Source of the DNA: Spirochaetia bacterium
GTDB lineage: Bacteria > Spirochaetota > Spirochaetia > DSM-2461
Direction: 5' to 3'
DNA: 64,000 bases
Assembly: GCA_963668315.1 (NCBI GenBank)
Contig: OY764216.1
Coordinates: 2,848,001-2,912,000 of the forward strand
Part shown: piece after piece, positions 31,352 to 40,395 of the stretch
Layout: every line of letters begins with the position of its first letter
How positions within the stretch are numbered: position 1 is the stretch's first letter
Notes under the pieces: model-generated
Database searches by the model: none
Told to the model about the DNA's origin: nothing
Seen by the model: only the letters and a program-made list of their open reading frames with translations
Made by a program: the position numbers and the translations under genes

Positions 31352-32451
31352 TCCCGTTCTCCCATGATAGGGGCCGTTCCGTTCCTTTTCAGGAGAAAGA
31401 GGAAAAGCGGGGCGCCCAGCAGTCCTGAGATTACACCCACGGGGATTTCCATGGGAGGATGGGCCGTACGGGCGAGCAGATCGGCCAGTACCATGACCGA
31501 AGCCCCGGCGGGTATGACTGCCGGTAGAAGCCGCCGGTGGTCGGCTCCCGTCAGAATACGGACGGCGTGGGGGACGAGAAGGCCGATAAAACCGATCGTT
31601 CCCGAACAGGCTACCGAGGCGGCGGTGAGCATGGAGGACGCAAGGAGAAGAAGATTTGAGGTTCTTTTAACGTTCAGCCCCAAGGTATGGGCCGTTTCTT
31701 CTCCCACTGTCAGTAAGTTCAGGGCGTTCCGCCTGAAGAAGAGGCTCAGGGTGAAGAGACATGTCAGGGGGGCAAGAAAGAGAATCTTCTCCCACCGGGC
31801 CGTGGTAAAGCTTCCCATGGACCAGAACAGAATGGAGGATGCCAGCTTTCTGTCCATGCTCAGAATCAGAGACATGAGGGAGGAAAGGAAAAAACTGAGG
31901 ACGACCCCACCCAGCAGCAGTCCGATGCGGCTTTCACCTCCGGTTTTCCCGAAAAAGATATAAAGAATGAATAAACTGACGCCCGCTCCGGCGAAAGCGC
32001 CCACACCCAGGGCGGAAATCCCCCAGAAAGTGATCTGTATTCCCAGAAGGGCGATCAGCGACGCACCCAGGGCGGCGCCTGAGGAAATTCCCAGGATATA
32101 GGGCTCCGCCATGGGATTCCGGAATACCGCCTGAAATACCATTCCCCCCAGAGCAAGGGAAATGCCGGTCAGGGAGGCAAGGAGAATACGGGGGAGGCGG
32201 AGCTTCAGAATAATAAGGACCGCCGTTCCCTCCTGCCCGGTCCCCGTGAGGATGTGCAGAATCTCCCGGGGAGAAACCTTCACGGCTCCGAGAGAGAGGG
32301 AGATCAGAAAGATAAGGGCGAATAACAGCCAGGCGGAGGACAGAAGAAGGGACGGTTTTTTTCTAAAAATCGACACCGTGTATAATCCTTGCCAGGTCCT
32401 GAAGCCCTTCGGCCAGCCTTGGGCCCTGGCGGTCCAGTTTATTGTTGTCAA
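31348..32451 (-). CDS. FecCD/BtuC family permease (true start probably near GTG 32376)
   Basis: LRLPR, FRNPMAEPYILGISSGA, GFIGLLVPH. Confidence 0.92.
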   Translation of the reverse strand: MTTINWTARAQGWPKGFRTWQGLYTVSIFRKKPSLLLSSAWLLFALIFLISLSLGAVKVSPREILHILTGTGQEGTAVLIILKLRLPRILLASLTGISLALGGMVFQAVFRNPMAEPYILGISSGAALGASLIALLGIQITFWGISALGVGAFAGAGVSLFILYIFFGKTGGESRIGLLLGGVVLSFFLSSLMSLILSMDRKLASSILFWSMGSFTTARWEKILFLAPLTCLFTLSLFFRRNALNLLTVGEETAHTLGLNVKRTSNLLLLASSMLTAASVACSGTIGFIGLLVPHAVRILTGADHRRLLPAVIPAGASVMVLADLLARTAHPPMEIPVGVISGLLGAPLFLFLLKRNGTAPIMGERE

Positions 32452-33229
32452 TGGGAAAGATTTTTCCCTCTCGTACGGCGGTAAGCTCCCTGTACCCCGA
32501 CGCTTCCTTCAGCTGTTCAGGTATATGGCCGTAACGGGAGCAGATAATGAGATCCGGGTCCTGGAGGAGAAGTTCCTCCAGGCTGTATCGCCAGCCGTCC
32601 AGTTCGTCGGCCACATTGACGGCTCCTGCCATCTCCAGCATTTTTCCAATGAATGTATTTCCCCCGGCCGTGTAGTCGCCGTAATCGCCGAATCCTATCA
32701 CATAATAGACTTTGGGGCGGGGTTTGCCGGCGACGCTGGCCTCCACACGGTTTACCCTGTCTTCCATACCGGCGATCAGCTCTTCCCCTTTCCGGGAGGC
32801 GTCAACGGCGGAGGCTACTTCTCTTATGAGGGAGTAAACCCCTTCAAAACTCTCTTCCGAGTAGAGGGAGAGAACAGGGATTCCCGTCTCCTCAAGGGTC
32901 GTGAGGGTTTCCGGCCCGGCGTGGGTCGAAGCAATAATCAGATCGGGATTCAGGGAGAGAATCTTTTCCAGGGAAGGATCGGATATGGTGCCTACCGAGG
33001 GAACGGCTAGGGCTTCTTCGGGGTAGTCGCAGTAATCGGTACGTCCCACAAGCAGATCCCCCCTGTCCAGGGCAAAGAGGGTTTCCGTTATATTGGGGCC
33101 CAGGGAAACGACCCTCTCGGGGATCTTTTTCCCGTTTCTGTCCGGCTGACCGGCCGTTTCTCCCGATCCCTGGGAATAAAGGGCCAGCGGAAAGAGGAGG
33201 ATACATAAGAGAGGCAGTGAATACTTCAT
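32363..33229 (-). CDS. BtuF-like cobalamin/iron-chelate binding protein
   Basis: RVVSLGPNITE, GRTDYCDYP, RQGPRLAEG; signal peptide from ATG 33229. Confidence 0.85.
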   Translation of the reverse strand: MKYSLPLLCILLFPLALYSQGSGETAGQPDRNGKKIPERVVSLGPNITETLFALDRGDLLVGRTDYCDYPEEALAVPSVGTISDPSLEKILSLNPDLIIASTHAGPETLTTLEETGIPVLSLYSEESFEGVYSLIREVASAVDASRKGEELIAGMEDRVNRVEASVAGKPRPKVYYVIGFGDYGDYTAGGNTFIGKMLEMAGAVNVADELDGWRYSLEELLLQDPDLIICSRYGHIPEQLKEASGYRELTAVREGKIFPIDNNKLDRQGPRLAEGLQDLARIIHGVDF

Positions 33230-33246
33230 CCTATCCCACCGGTAAT

Positions 33247-34536
33247 TCAAGAGGGGAGGTCAAGGGGTTTGTGGGTGAAGGATTTTTTTCCCGTACTGTA
33301 GTCATCCACGATATGTCCTTTTCCATAGAGCTTCCATTTGTAAATCATCAGCCCTTCCATGCCGACCGGTCCCCGGGCATGAATCTTCCCGGTGGAGATT
33401 CCCACTTCCGCTCCCAGTCCGAAACGGAAACCGTCGGCGAACCGGGTGGAGCAGTTCCAGAGGGCGTCGGCCGTGTCCACTCTGTTCATAAAATCCTCGG
33501 CCCGAACGGCGTTTTCCGTGACGATGGCGTCGGTGTGTCCCGAACCGAAACGGTGGATATGGTCTATGGCTTCATCCATGGAGGAAACGATCTTTATGGA
33601 GAGAATATAATCGAGATATTCCGTTTCCCAGTCCGTCTCATCAGCTCTTTTTACATCGATGATCCGGCATGTTTCTCCGCAGCCCCGGATCTCCACGTGT
33701 TTCGCTTCCAGGGCTTCCTTCAGAGGGGGAAGCAGGGCGGGGGCGGCGTTCTTATGGACCAGAAGCGTTTCCAGGGCGTTACATACCGCCACGTACTGGG
33801 TTTTGGAATCCACCACGATGGGAACGGCTTTGGCAGGATCGGCTTCTTCGTCCAGATAGACATGGCAGATTCCGTCGGCATGGCCCATTACGGGAATATT
33901 GGAGTTTTTCATGATATATTGAACGAAACTGTTCGATCCCCGGGGTATTATCAGATCGATAAGCTTGTCCAGGGCCAGCATCTCCTGAACTTCCTCCCGG
34001 CTTTCCACCAGCTGTAGCCATCCCGAAGGGCAGCCCGCTTCCACGCTGGCTTCATGGATGATGGCGGCGAGAATCCGATTTGTCTCCCTTGCCTCGCTTC
34101 CCCCTTTGAGGAGGACACCGTTGCCGCTTTTCAGGCAGAGGGTGGCTATCTGGACAAGGGCGTCGGGGCGGGATTCGAAGATCATGCCGATAACGCCGAT
34201 GGGACAGGCCACCTGATATAGGTTAAGCCCCTCATCCAGTTCGGTGGCTTTGAGAACTTTTCCCACGGGATCGGACAGCTTTACAAGCGATTCGATTCCC
34301 CGTATGACCTCTTCCAGTTTGCTTTCCTTGAAGGTCAGTCTCTTAAGGAGGGGGGCGGCCAGATTTTCCTCTTCAGACCGTTTCAGGTCCTTATCATTAG
34401 CCGAGAAGATCTCCTCTTTTCGTGTCTGCAGTTTTTCGGCAATGGCCTTGAGAGCGCTGTTTTTCCTTTCTCCCTTCAGAGCGGCCAGGATTCTGGCCCC
34501 TTCCCTGGCACTGCGGGCCGCATCGGTTACGTTCAT
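33247..34536 (-). CDS. proA: Gamma-glutamyl phosphate reductase
   Basis: IFESRP, LKGGSEA, AVCNALET, SGHTDAI, GKIHARGPVG; SD AGGAG before ATG 34536. Confidence 0.96.
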   Translation of the reverse strand: MNVTDAARSAREGARILAALKGERKNSALKAIAEKLQTRKEEIFSANDKDLKRSEEENLAAPLLKRLTFKESKLEEVIRGIESLVKLSDPVGKVLKATELDEGLNLYQVACPIGVIGMIFESRPDALVQIATLCLKSGNGVLLKGGSEARETNRILAAIIHEASVEAGCPSGWLQLVESREEVQEMLALDKLIDLIIPRGSNSFVQYIMKNSNIPVMGHADGICHVYLDEEADPAKAVPIVVDSKTQYVAVCNALETLLVHKNAAPALLPPLKEALEAKHVEIRGCGETCRIIDVKRADETDWETEYLDYILSIKIVSSMDEAIDHIHRFGSGHTDAIVTENAVRAEDFMNRVDTADALWNCSTRFADGFRFGLGAEVGISTGKIHARGPVGMEGLMIYKWKLYGKGHIVDDYSTGKKSFTHKPLDLPS

Positions 34537-34546
34537 CGGGTAACTC

Positions 34547-34873
34547 CTAGTCTTTTTTACTGATCCATATGTCCACAAGGCCGAAAATGAGCAAGTATAT
34601 GATCATCATCTGCTGCCCTTCTATTACCGTTTTATGAAAGCCGTAATAGAGTATCAGAAGAATAATGGCGGCCCCTATGGCTATCCAGGCAAAGAAATTC
34701 GTTAAGAGAATAAATGCCAGAATGATGGCTGTTATTATAAGCATTAACGGGGACAGGGTAAATCCCAGCAGCTGGATTTCCCCTTCGAGGCCCACATCTT
34801 TCATAAAATAAAAACCGAGGAAGCCCGTTACCAGGATAATCACTCCCAGAATAATTCTTACAATGCCTTTCAT
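34547..34873 (-). CDS. Small hypothetical membrane protein
   Basis: 108 aa with 3-4 hydrophobic segments; coupled to both neighbours. Confidence 0.7.
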   Translation of the reverse strand: MKGIVRIILGVIILVTGFLGFYFMKDVGLEGEIQLLGFTLSPLMLIITAIILAFILLTNFFAWIAIGAAIILLILYYGFHKTVIEGQQMMIIYLLIFGLVDIWISKKD

Positions 34874-36441
34874 TTACCTTCTCCATATAATAATCTGAGG
34901 TAGGGAAGGGAGAAAAACTTCTCTTCCATCCCGTTCTGTATAGTATCAATATCGGCTTTTCGGCATCCCAGGGAAAGGCCGTTCATAATGGATTGAAGAG
35001 TAGCGGCGTATTTCTTTTCGCCGAACACTCCTTCTAGACGGCTGTCCCTGTCTTCCCCGGTGGCAGAGGATAATCTGTCCAGTTCCTCCAGGTTCTCCCT
35101 GTTCATGGAAATCGTTTCACTCCGGAAGAGGGGGGCCGAATCCAGTTTTTTCAAAATCTCATACTGCATTTCCGGGGAAAGGTAGGAGAAGCAGAACCGG
35201 TCGCGGGAGAGCATTTCTTCCATCTGAAGGTTCAGGGCCGCTTCCTTTTCCCGGGGCATATGTTCGGAGAGAATACGGAATTTCCTTTCGTACTGCCGGG
35301 AAAGAGTGCTTCTTTCATCCCTGGTCAGCGGAATGTACACATGGTGGTAAAAATGGGAGGTATCCCTGTCGAAAAGATCGATAAAACCTTCCATTATATC
35401 AAGTTGCCGTGCAAATAGGGGCTTTTTCCAATGGAGGGCGTTCAGATAAAGATAGCCGAATCCCTCCTGTATGGAGGGGGAGACAATCATATCGGAGGCG
35501 GCCCAGAAATGGGAGTAATTCAACAGATCCGTCTCTTCCTGGGCGCCGATTCCCCAGAGACCGGGGATAAGCCCCTCTCGGAAGGCGCTTTCCACCAGAT
35601 CCGAATAGGCCTTTTCCATCGGGGAGACGCCGGGGAGGCTTACCATCAAGTTGGCCTTCCCCTCCATCAGTCTGACGAGAAGGGCCGCTTCCAGAATATT
35701 TTTCCGGCGGATAGTGCGGACGGGATAAAAAAGGAGTTTGCCCCCCGGAACAAGGGCGGGAAAATCTCCGCGGTACTTCTGGAAAAGGGCGTCCTTTATC
35801 TGCTCCGGATCGGCCTCCACCGTTCTGTCGAGGGGTACGGGATTATTCAGAAGCCAGATATTCTCCCTTTCCATTCCCGCTTCTATCAGATTATTCCTGT
35901 CCCGGGAGTTTATCACGCAGTAGGCGATGTTTTCCCGCTGGGGATAGAGGGTTTTGTCCGTTTCCTCCCGCAATGCGGCAAGATTGGCGTAGCGGGAGCA
36001 TTCGGGGAAGTCGTGTATCTGAAAAAGAATAGGCCTGTCTCTTCTCTCCGCCGCCAGAAGCATGGCCCGGGTAAAGGGAGGATTTTTTCCCAGGTGGTAG
36101 TTGTGGACCATCCAGAGATTATCCTGCCGGGGAAACCGTTCCTCCATAAGGGAAAGGAGCCTTTCCGCGGAAGGGAGATGGTCAACCTTTTCCCGGTAGT
36201 CTATTTCCGGAAGATGATACAGAATCAGCCTGTCCGACAGATCCTCTCCCATGGCCTCGAGGATTCTTCCGCGGACCCGGTCAATGTTTTCCTCCCGGCC
36301 GTAGACAATGGTGATCTTCTCAATATCCGGCAGATGGCGGAAAACCGCCCTTGCCGAAAGGATGATAACATCGGTCACTCCGCCGGGCAGAAGATGGTAA
36401 TGGAATATTGTTAATGCGCGGAATTTACCCGAGCCGGCCAT
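34870..36441 (-). CDS. GT-B (GT4-like) glycosyltransferase
   Basis: HYHLLPGGVTDVI, HNYHLGKN, HDF, RTIRRKN, SIQEGFG. Confidence 0.75.
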   Translation of the reverse strand: MAGSGKFRALTIFHYHLLPGGVTDVIILSARAVFRHLPDIEKITIVYGREENIDRVRGRILEAMGEDLSDRLILYHLPEIDYREKVDHLPSAERLLSLMEERFPRQDNLWMVHNYHLGKNPPFTRAMLLAAERRDRPILFQIHDFPECSRYANLAALREETDKTLYPQRENIAYCVINSRDRNNLIEAGMERENIWLLNNPVPLDRTVEADPEQIKDALFQKYRGDFPALVPGGKLLFYPVRTIRRKNILEAALLVRLMEGKANLMVSLPGVSPMEKAYSDLVESAFREGLIPGLWGIGAQEETDLLNYSHFWAASDMIVSPSIQEGFGYLYLNALHWKKPLFARQLDIMEGFIDLFDRDTSHFYHHVYIPLTRDERSTLSRQYERKFRILSEHMPREKEAALNLQMEEMLSRDRFCFSYLSPEMQYEILKKLDSAPLFRSETISMNRENLEELDRLSSATGEDRDSRLEGVFGEKKYAATLQSIMNGLSLGCRKADIDTIQNGMEEKFFSLPYLRLLYGEGK

Positions 36442-36538
36442 TGCTGTCCCCTTTATAATTCATCATAACGGCCCCGGGTGCTCCTGTCAATTACGGGACA
36501 GATCCGGCCCTTGAGCAAAATACGGCAAAAGTTTATTC

Positions 36539-37618
36539 TTGACACCGATGAAAAGAGTAGATGCGTTTCTCCGGCAGACTCAGGGGGATTTCTGGTATTT
36601 CGGCAAAAGTGCCCTGGACCGGTATGAAAATAACTCCCCCCTGGTGGTAAGTGTCGCCACCACAGCCGGACTGGGCGAACTGGCCGCTTCCTTCGAGGGA
36701 CTTTTCTTTCCCGGCCTGGAGGGAGCCGACGCCGCCGTAACCGTCGAAGGAGTCACCCTGCTCTTCACCATTGTCGATTCATCCGGTGCCATCCCCCGCT
36801 TCTCCCCGGCTCCCTTCAATATGATCTATTCCCCGTCTGAGAGAAAGTACGTAGACCGTGAGGGGGAGTATGACCTGATGCGCAGGGGCCTTGTGGAAGG
36901 GGAGCCCCTTTCATACAGAGACTGGAGCCATTTTGTCCGACGGATGGCCTGGTGTGACCGGGAAGACTCTTTTTCTTTCGATGATATATCCTCTCTCTTT
37001 TCAAGGGAAAACGACCGCTTCTTTCTGGAAGACGTAATAACCGGTCCCCGGGCGGATAAAGCCCTGGAATACCTTTTCAGCTCCCGGTGGATAGAAACTT
37101 TTTTCCCCTCCCTCGCGGCCCTGGCAGATGTGGAGCAGAACAAGGAGTTCCATCCCGAGGGCAATGTCTGGGAACATACCCTGGAAACCTTGAAATACAG
37201 AAAGGAGAGACCGGCGAATCTCTCTCTGGCTCTTCTTTTTCACGATCTTGGAAAGAGTCAGGCCGAAGAGGTCGGGCAGAACCGTTTTCACGGCCATGCC
37301 CAGATAGGAGCCCGACAGCTGACCTCCCTCCTGGATGAGTGGGATTTTCCCGATAAGCTGATGAACGAAACCGTCTACCTGGTGGCCAATCATATGATGC
37401 CCGCCGCCATTGAGCGCCTTCCCTACCACAAGAAAAAGGAAGTGATCGAAGATCCCCTTTTCCCGGTCCTTCTGGAACTGTACCGCTGTGATCTCTCTTC
37501 CTCCTTCAACGGGCTTGACGGCTATTACGACGCCTGCCGCTACTATAAGGCTTTCCGTAAAAACGTCCAGAATCCCTACCGGAAGAACGACGGAACACTA
37601 AAGAGGGGAGCGGTCTGA
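36539..37618 (+). CDS. HD-domain protein related to the C-terminal part of CCA-adding enzyme/poly(A) polymerase
   Basis: EQNKEFHPEGNVWEHT, LFHDLGK, FHGHAQIG, NHM. Confidence 0.75.
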   Translation: MTPMKRVDAFLRQTQGDFWYFGKSALDRYENNSPLVVSVATTAGLGELAASFEGLFFPGLEGADAAVTVEGVTLLFTIVDSSGAIPRFSPAPFNMIYSPSERKYVDREGEYDLMRRGLVEGEPLSYRDWSHFVRRMAWCDREDSFSFDDISSLFSRENDRFFLEDVITGPRADKALEYLFSSRWIETFFPSLAALADVEQNKEFHPEGNVWEHTLETLKYRKERPANLSLALLFHDLGKSQAEEVGQNRFHGHAQIGARQLTSLLDEWDFPDKLMNETVYLVANHMMPAAIERLPYHKKKEVIEDPLFPVLLELYRCDLSSSFNGLDGYYDACRYYKAFRKNVQNPYRKNDGTLKRGAV

Positions 37619-40056
37619 TGCTGAGCGATAGACGGCTGACCGCCGAAGTACGGCAGAAAATGGCGGAGGATATCGCCGATGCGGAGGGGAACGAGGTCCT
37701 CTGGTGGGGTAAACTCGACGAGGAGAGCCGTGTCTGTCAAGTGGAGGCCGCCGCCCGGGGCGATGAATCTTCCGTTCCCGCCCTCTTCCCCCATATGACC
37801 AAGGGGGATGTCATCATTCATAACCATCCTTCCGGTTTCCTCACTCCCAGTTCCGCCGATCTGGGGGTCGCTACGAATCTGGGAAACCAGGGCATCGGCT
37901 GTTTCATCGTGGATAACGAGGTCAAGCGCATCTATATCGTGGCCGAACCGGTGAAAGCCCGGGAGATACAGCCCCTGGACCGGGAGGGCGTCGGCGCCTT
38001 TCTGGAACCTGAGGGGGAGCTTTCACGCTTTCTTCCCAACTATGAGCCCCGTGAGCCGCAGATAGAGCTTCTCAAGCAGATCGTGGACGGATTCAATCTG
38101 GATAAGGTAGTGGCCGTCGAGGCGGGAACGGGCGTGGGGAAATCCTTTGCCTACCTGCTGCCCGCCATTCTCTGGGCGGAGAAAAACAAGGAACGCATCG
38201 TCGTTTCCACGGGAACGATCAATCTTCAACAGCAGCTGATGGACAAGGACATTCCCCTGGTGCAGAGGCTCCTGGGAAGCAAGGTCAAGGCGGTTCTCGT
38301 CAAGGGAAGAAGAAATTACCTCTGCCTCAAGCGTTTTTCCGAGGAGATGGAGGAGGGCTCCCTTTTCCGTGATGACAAGGATGAGATAAACTTGATCAGG
38401 GAGTGGTCCGAAACTACGGCGGACGGCTCCCTTTCCGACCTCTCCTTCAAGCCGAGCGGTGAGCTGTGGAACAAGATCAACAGCGAGGCCGATCTCTGTA
38501 CGGGAGTGCGGTGCCGCTATCATGAGCAGTGTTTCGTTATGCAGGCCCGCAGGGAAGCTTCGGCGGCGGGTATTCTTGTCGTCAACCACCATCTGCTTTT
38601 CGCCGATCTCTCCCTGCGCGTGGGGGGATTCGGCTTCGAGGCCTTTGCCGTACTGCCCCCTTTCCAGAGGGTTATCTTTGATGAGGCCCACAATATGGAG
38701 AAGAGCGCCACCAGCTTCTTTTCCCAGAGCTTCAACCGCTTCTCCTGTTCCCGCTATCTGAACAGGCTCTATAGAAAGAGCAGAAAAGGGCCGGGCGGTC
38801 TGATCCTCAAACTGGAGAAAATCACCGGTACGTCCGAGGAGTACCTCGCCGTACCGACCCTCATCGATGAAATCCTCTCCAAGTCGGTGCTGCTGGAGGA
38901 AACCACCCTGGCCATGAACCCCTTCAGGGGATCTCTCTGGATTCACGGACCGGAGTCCCAGAATATCGGTTACGGAATCCTCGAGCCCATGCTCACCCTC
39001 CAGAAGGCGATACTCGATCTGGTCGGCACGGTCTCCCGCCTGCTCAAGAAAGTCCCCGAGGACCAGGAAGAGGGGGATGTGCCCCTGGAAATCCGCAGTC
39101 TTATGACCCGCTTTGACAACATGGCCGCCTTTATGGAGGTCTTCCGCCATTACAGGGAACATTCGGAGAAGATTTTCTGGCTCCAGAAAGGACGGCTTCC
39201 CGACGGCAAGGAGTTTATCACCTATTATGTGACACCCCTGGATATCTCCCCCCTCATGTATGAAGCGGTATTCGAGCCCTTCGACAGCGTTATATGCACA
39301 TCGGCCACCCTGGCGGTAAACAGGAATTTCTCCTACTGGATGGACCGATCCGGCGCCTCCCTGGTTCCGGAGGAACGGCTGATCAGCGGGGTATACGATT
39401 CTCCCTTCAACTATCGCGACAGGGTGCTGCTGGCCATTCCGGCGGACGCTCCCCTGCCCAATAATCAGGACGCCTGGATTCAATTCTCCCTGCCCCTCAT
39501 AAAAGAGGCGGTGCTCCTCTCGGAGGGGAAGAGTCTGATTCTTTTCACAAGTTACGAAATGCTGCGCCATACCTACGAGTATCTGAAATTCGATCTCGAA
39601 TCGGCGGGGATTACCCTTTTCGCCCAGGGCGACGATGACCGGGCCCGTCTGCTTGAGCGGTTTAAAAACGAGGTAAGCAGCGTTCTCCTGGCCACCGACT
39701 CCTTCTGGGAGGGCGTGGATGTCCCCGGCGAGTCGCTCCGGCAGCTGATACTCTGCCGCCTTCCCTTCAGGGTGCCCACCGAGCCGGTCCTCATGGCCCG
39801 CGTGGAGGCTCTGGAAGCCAGGGGGGGAAACGCTTTCATGCAGATTTCCCTGCCCGAGGCCATCATGAAGTTCAAACAGGGATTCGGCAGGCTGATGAGA
39901 AGCAAGACGGACAGCGGGATCGTGCTCGTCCTGGACGGGCGTATCATCCAGAAAAATTACGGACGGTATTTCCTCTCCAGCCTTCCCGAAACGCAGAGGT
40001 CGGTAAAGCACAGCCGGGAGTTATTCATGGATATGGAGAATTTTCTGTACGAATAG
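37618..40056 (+). CDS. DinG-family helicase with N-terminal JAB/MPN domain
   Basis: GNEV...IHNHPSG.LTPS.AD; EAGTGVGKS; Fe-S cysteines; DEAH; SFWEGVDVPG; QGFGRLMR. Confidence 0.9.
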   Translation: MLSDRRLTAEVRQKMAEDIADAEGNEVLWWGKLDEESRVCQVEAAARGDESSVPALFPHMTKGDVIIHNHPSGFLTPSSADLGVATNLGNQGIGCFIVDNEVKRIYIVAEPVKAREIQPLDREGVGAFLEPEGELSRFLPNYEPREPQIELLKQIVDGFNLDKVVAVEAGTGVGKSFAYLLPAILWAEKNKERIVVSTGTINLQQQLMDKDIPLVQRLLGSKVKAVLVKGRRNYLCLKRFSEEMEEGSLFRDDKDEINLIREWSETTADGSLSDLSFKPSGELWNKINSEADLCTGVRCRYHEQCFVMQARREASAAGILVVNHHLLFADLSLRVGGFGFEAFAVLPPFQRVIFDEAHNMEKSATSFFSQSFNRFSCSRYLNRLYRKSRKGPGGLILKLEKITGTSEEYLAVPTLIDEILSKSVLLEETTLAMNPFRGSLWIHGPESQNIGYGILEPMLTLQKAILDLVGTVSRLLKKVPEDQEEGDVPLEIRSLMTRFDNMAAFMEVFRHYREHSEKIFWLQKGRLPDGKEFITYYVTPLDISPLMYEAVFEPFDSVICTSATLAVNRNFSYWMDRSGASLVPEERLISGVYDSPFNYRDRVLLAIPADAPLPNNQDAWIQFSLPLIKEAVLLSEGKSLILFTSYEMLRHTYEYLKFDLESAGITLFAQGDDDRARLLERFKNEVSSVLLATDSFWEGVDVPGESLRQLILCRLPFRVPTEPVLMARVEALEARGGNAFMQISLPEAIMKFKQGFGRLMRSKTDSGIVLVLDGRIIQKNYGRYFLSSLPETQRSVKHSRELFMDMENFLYE

Positions 40057-40059
40057 GGT

Positions 40060-40350
40060 TTAATAACCCTTTTTCTGCCTCTTCTTTCTGAGGTAATTCA
40101 TCTCGGCCATCAGTTCTCGCAGGCGGGATTCATCGGTCAGATCTCTTTCAAGCTGATCCTGAAGATCGTCGATAAGCTTCTCTTCCATATTATAGAAATC
40201 CCCTTCCATCTCCCCGGACCAGATATAGCGTGCCAGTTCATCCGGCTCATGCTGATAGGAGAGAAGTCTACGGGACATGTACGTGGCAAGATACCAGCGG
40301 ACATCGTCTATTTCCAGTTCGTATTCATCAAGAAGCTCTTTGACAGTCAT
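40060..40350 (-). CDS. Hypothetical protein (96 aa)
   Basis: Compact ORF filling the gap; -10-like TATATT 6 nt before ATG. Confidence 0.7.
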   Translation of the reverse strand: MTVKELLDEYELEIDDVRWYLATYMSRRLLSYQHEPDELARYIWSGEMEGDFYNMEEKLIDDLQDQLERDLTDESRLRELMAEMNYLRKKRQKKGY

Positions 40351-40395
40351 GGAGGAAATATAACCTAAGGGAACCCCCTTGTTAAAGGGGCTCTC

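Noticed and set aside
33230..33250. Cobalamin riboswitch expected before the BtuF-like gene
   Set aside because: Only ~17 bp separate it from proA; no B12-box visible
38023..40011. 662-aa minus-strand ORF
   Set aside because: Antisense to the DinG helicase; no motifs
40357..40364. AATATAAC half-site like the light-island operator
   Set aside because: No matching right arm; explained as the -10 box of the 96-aa gene on the minus strand
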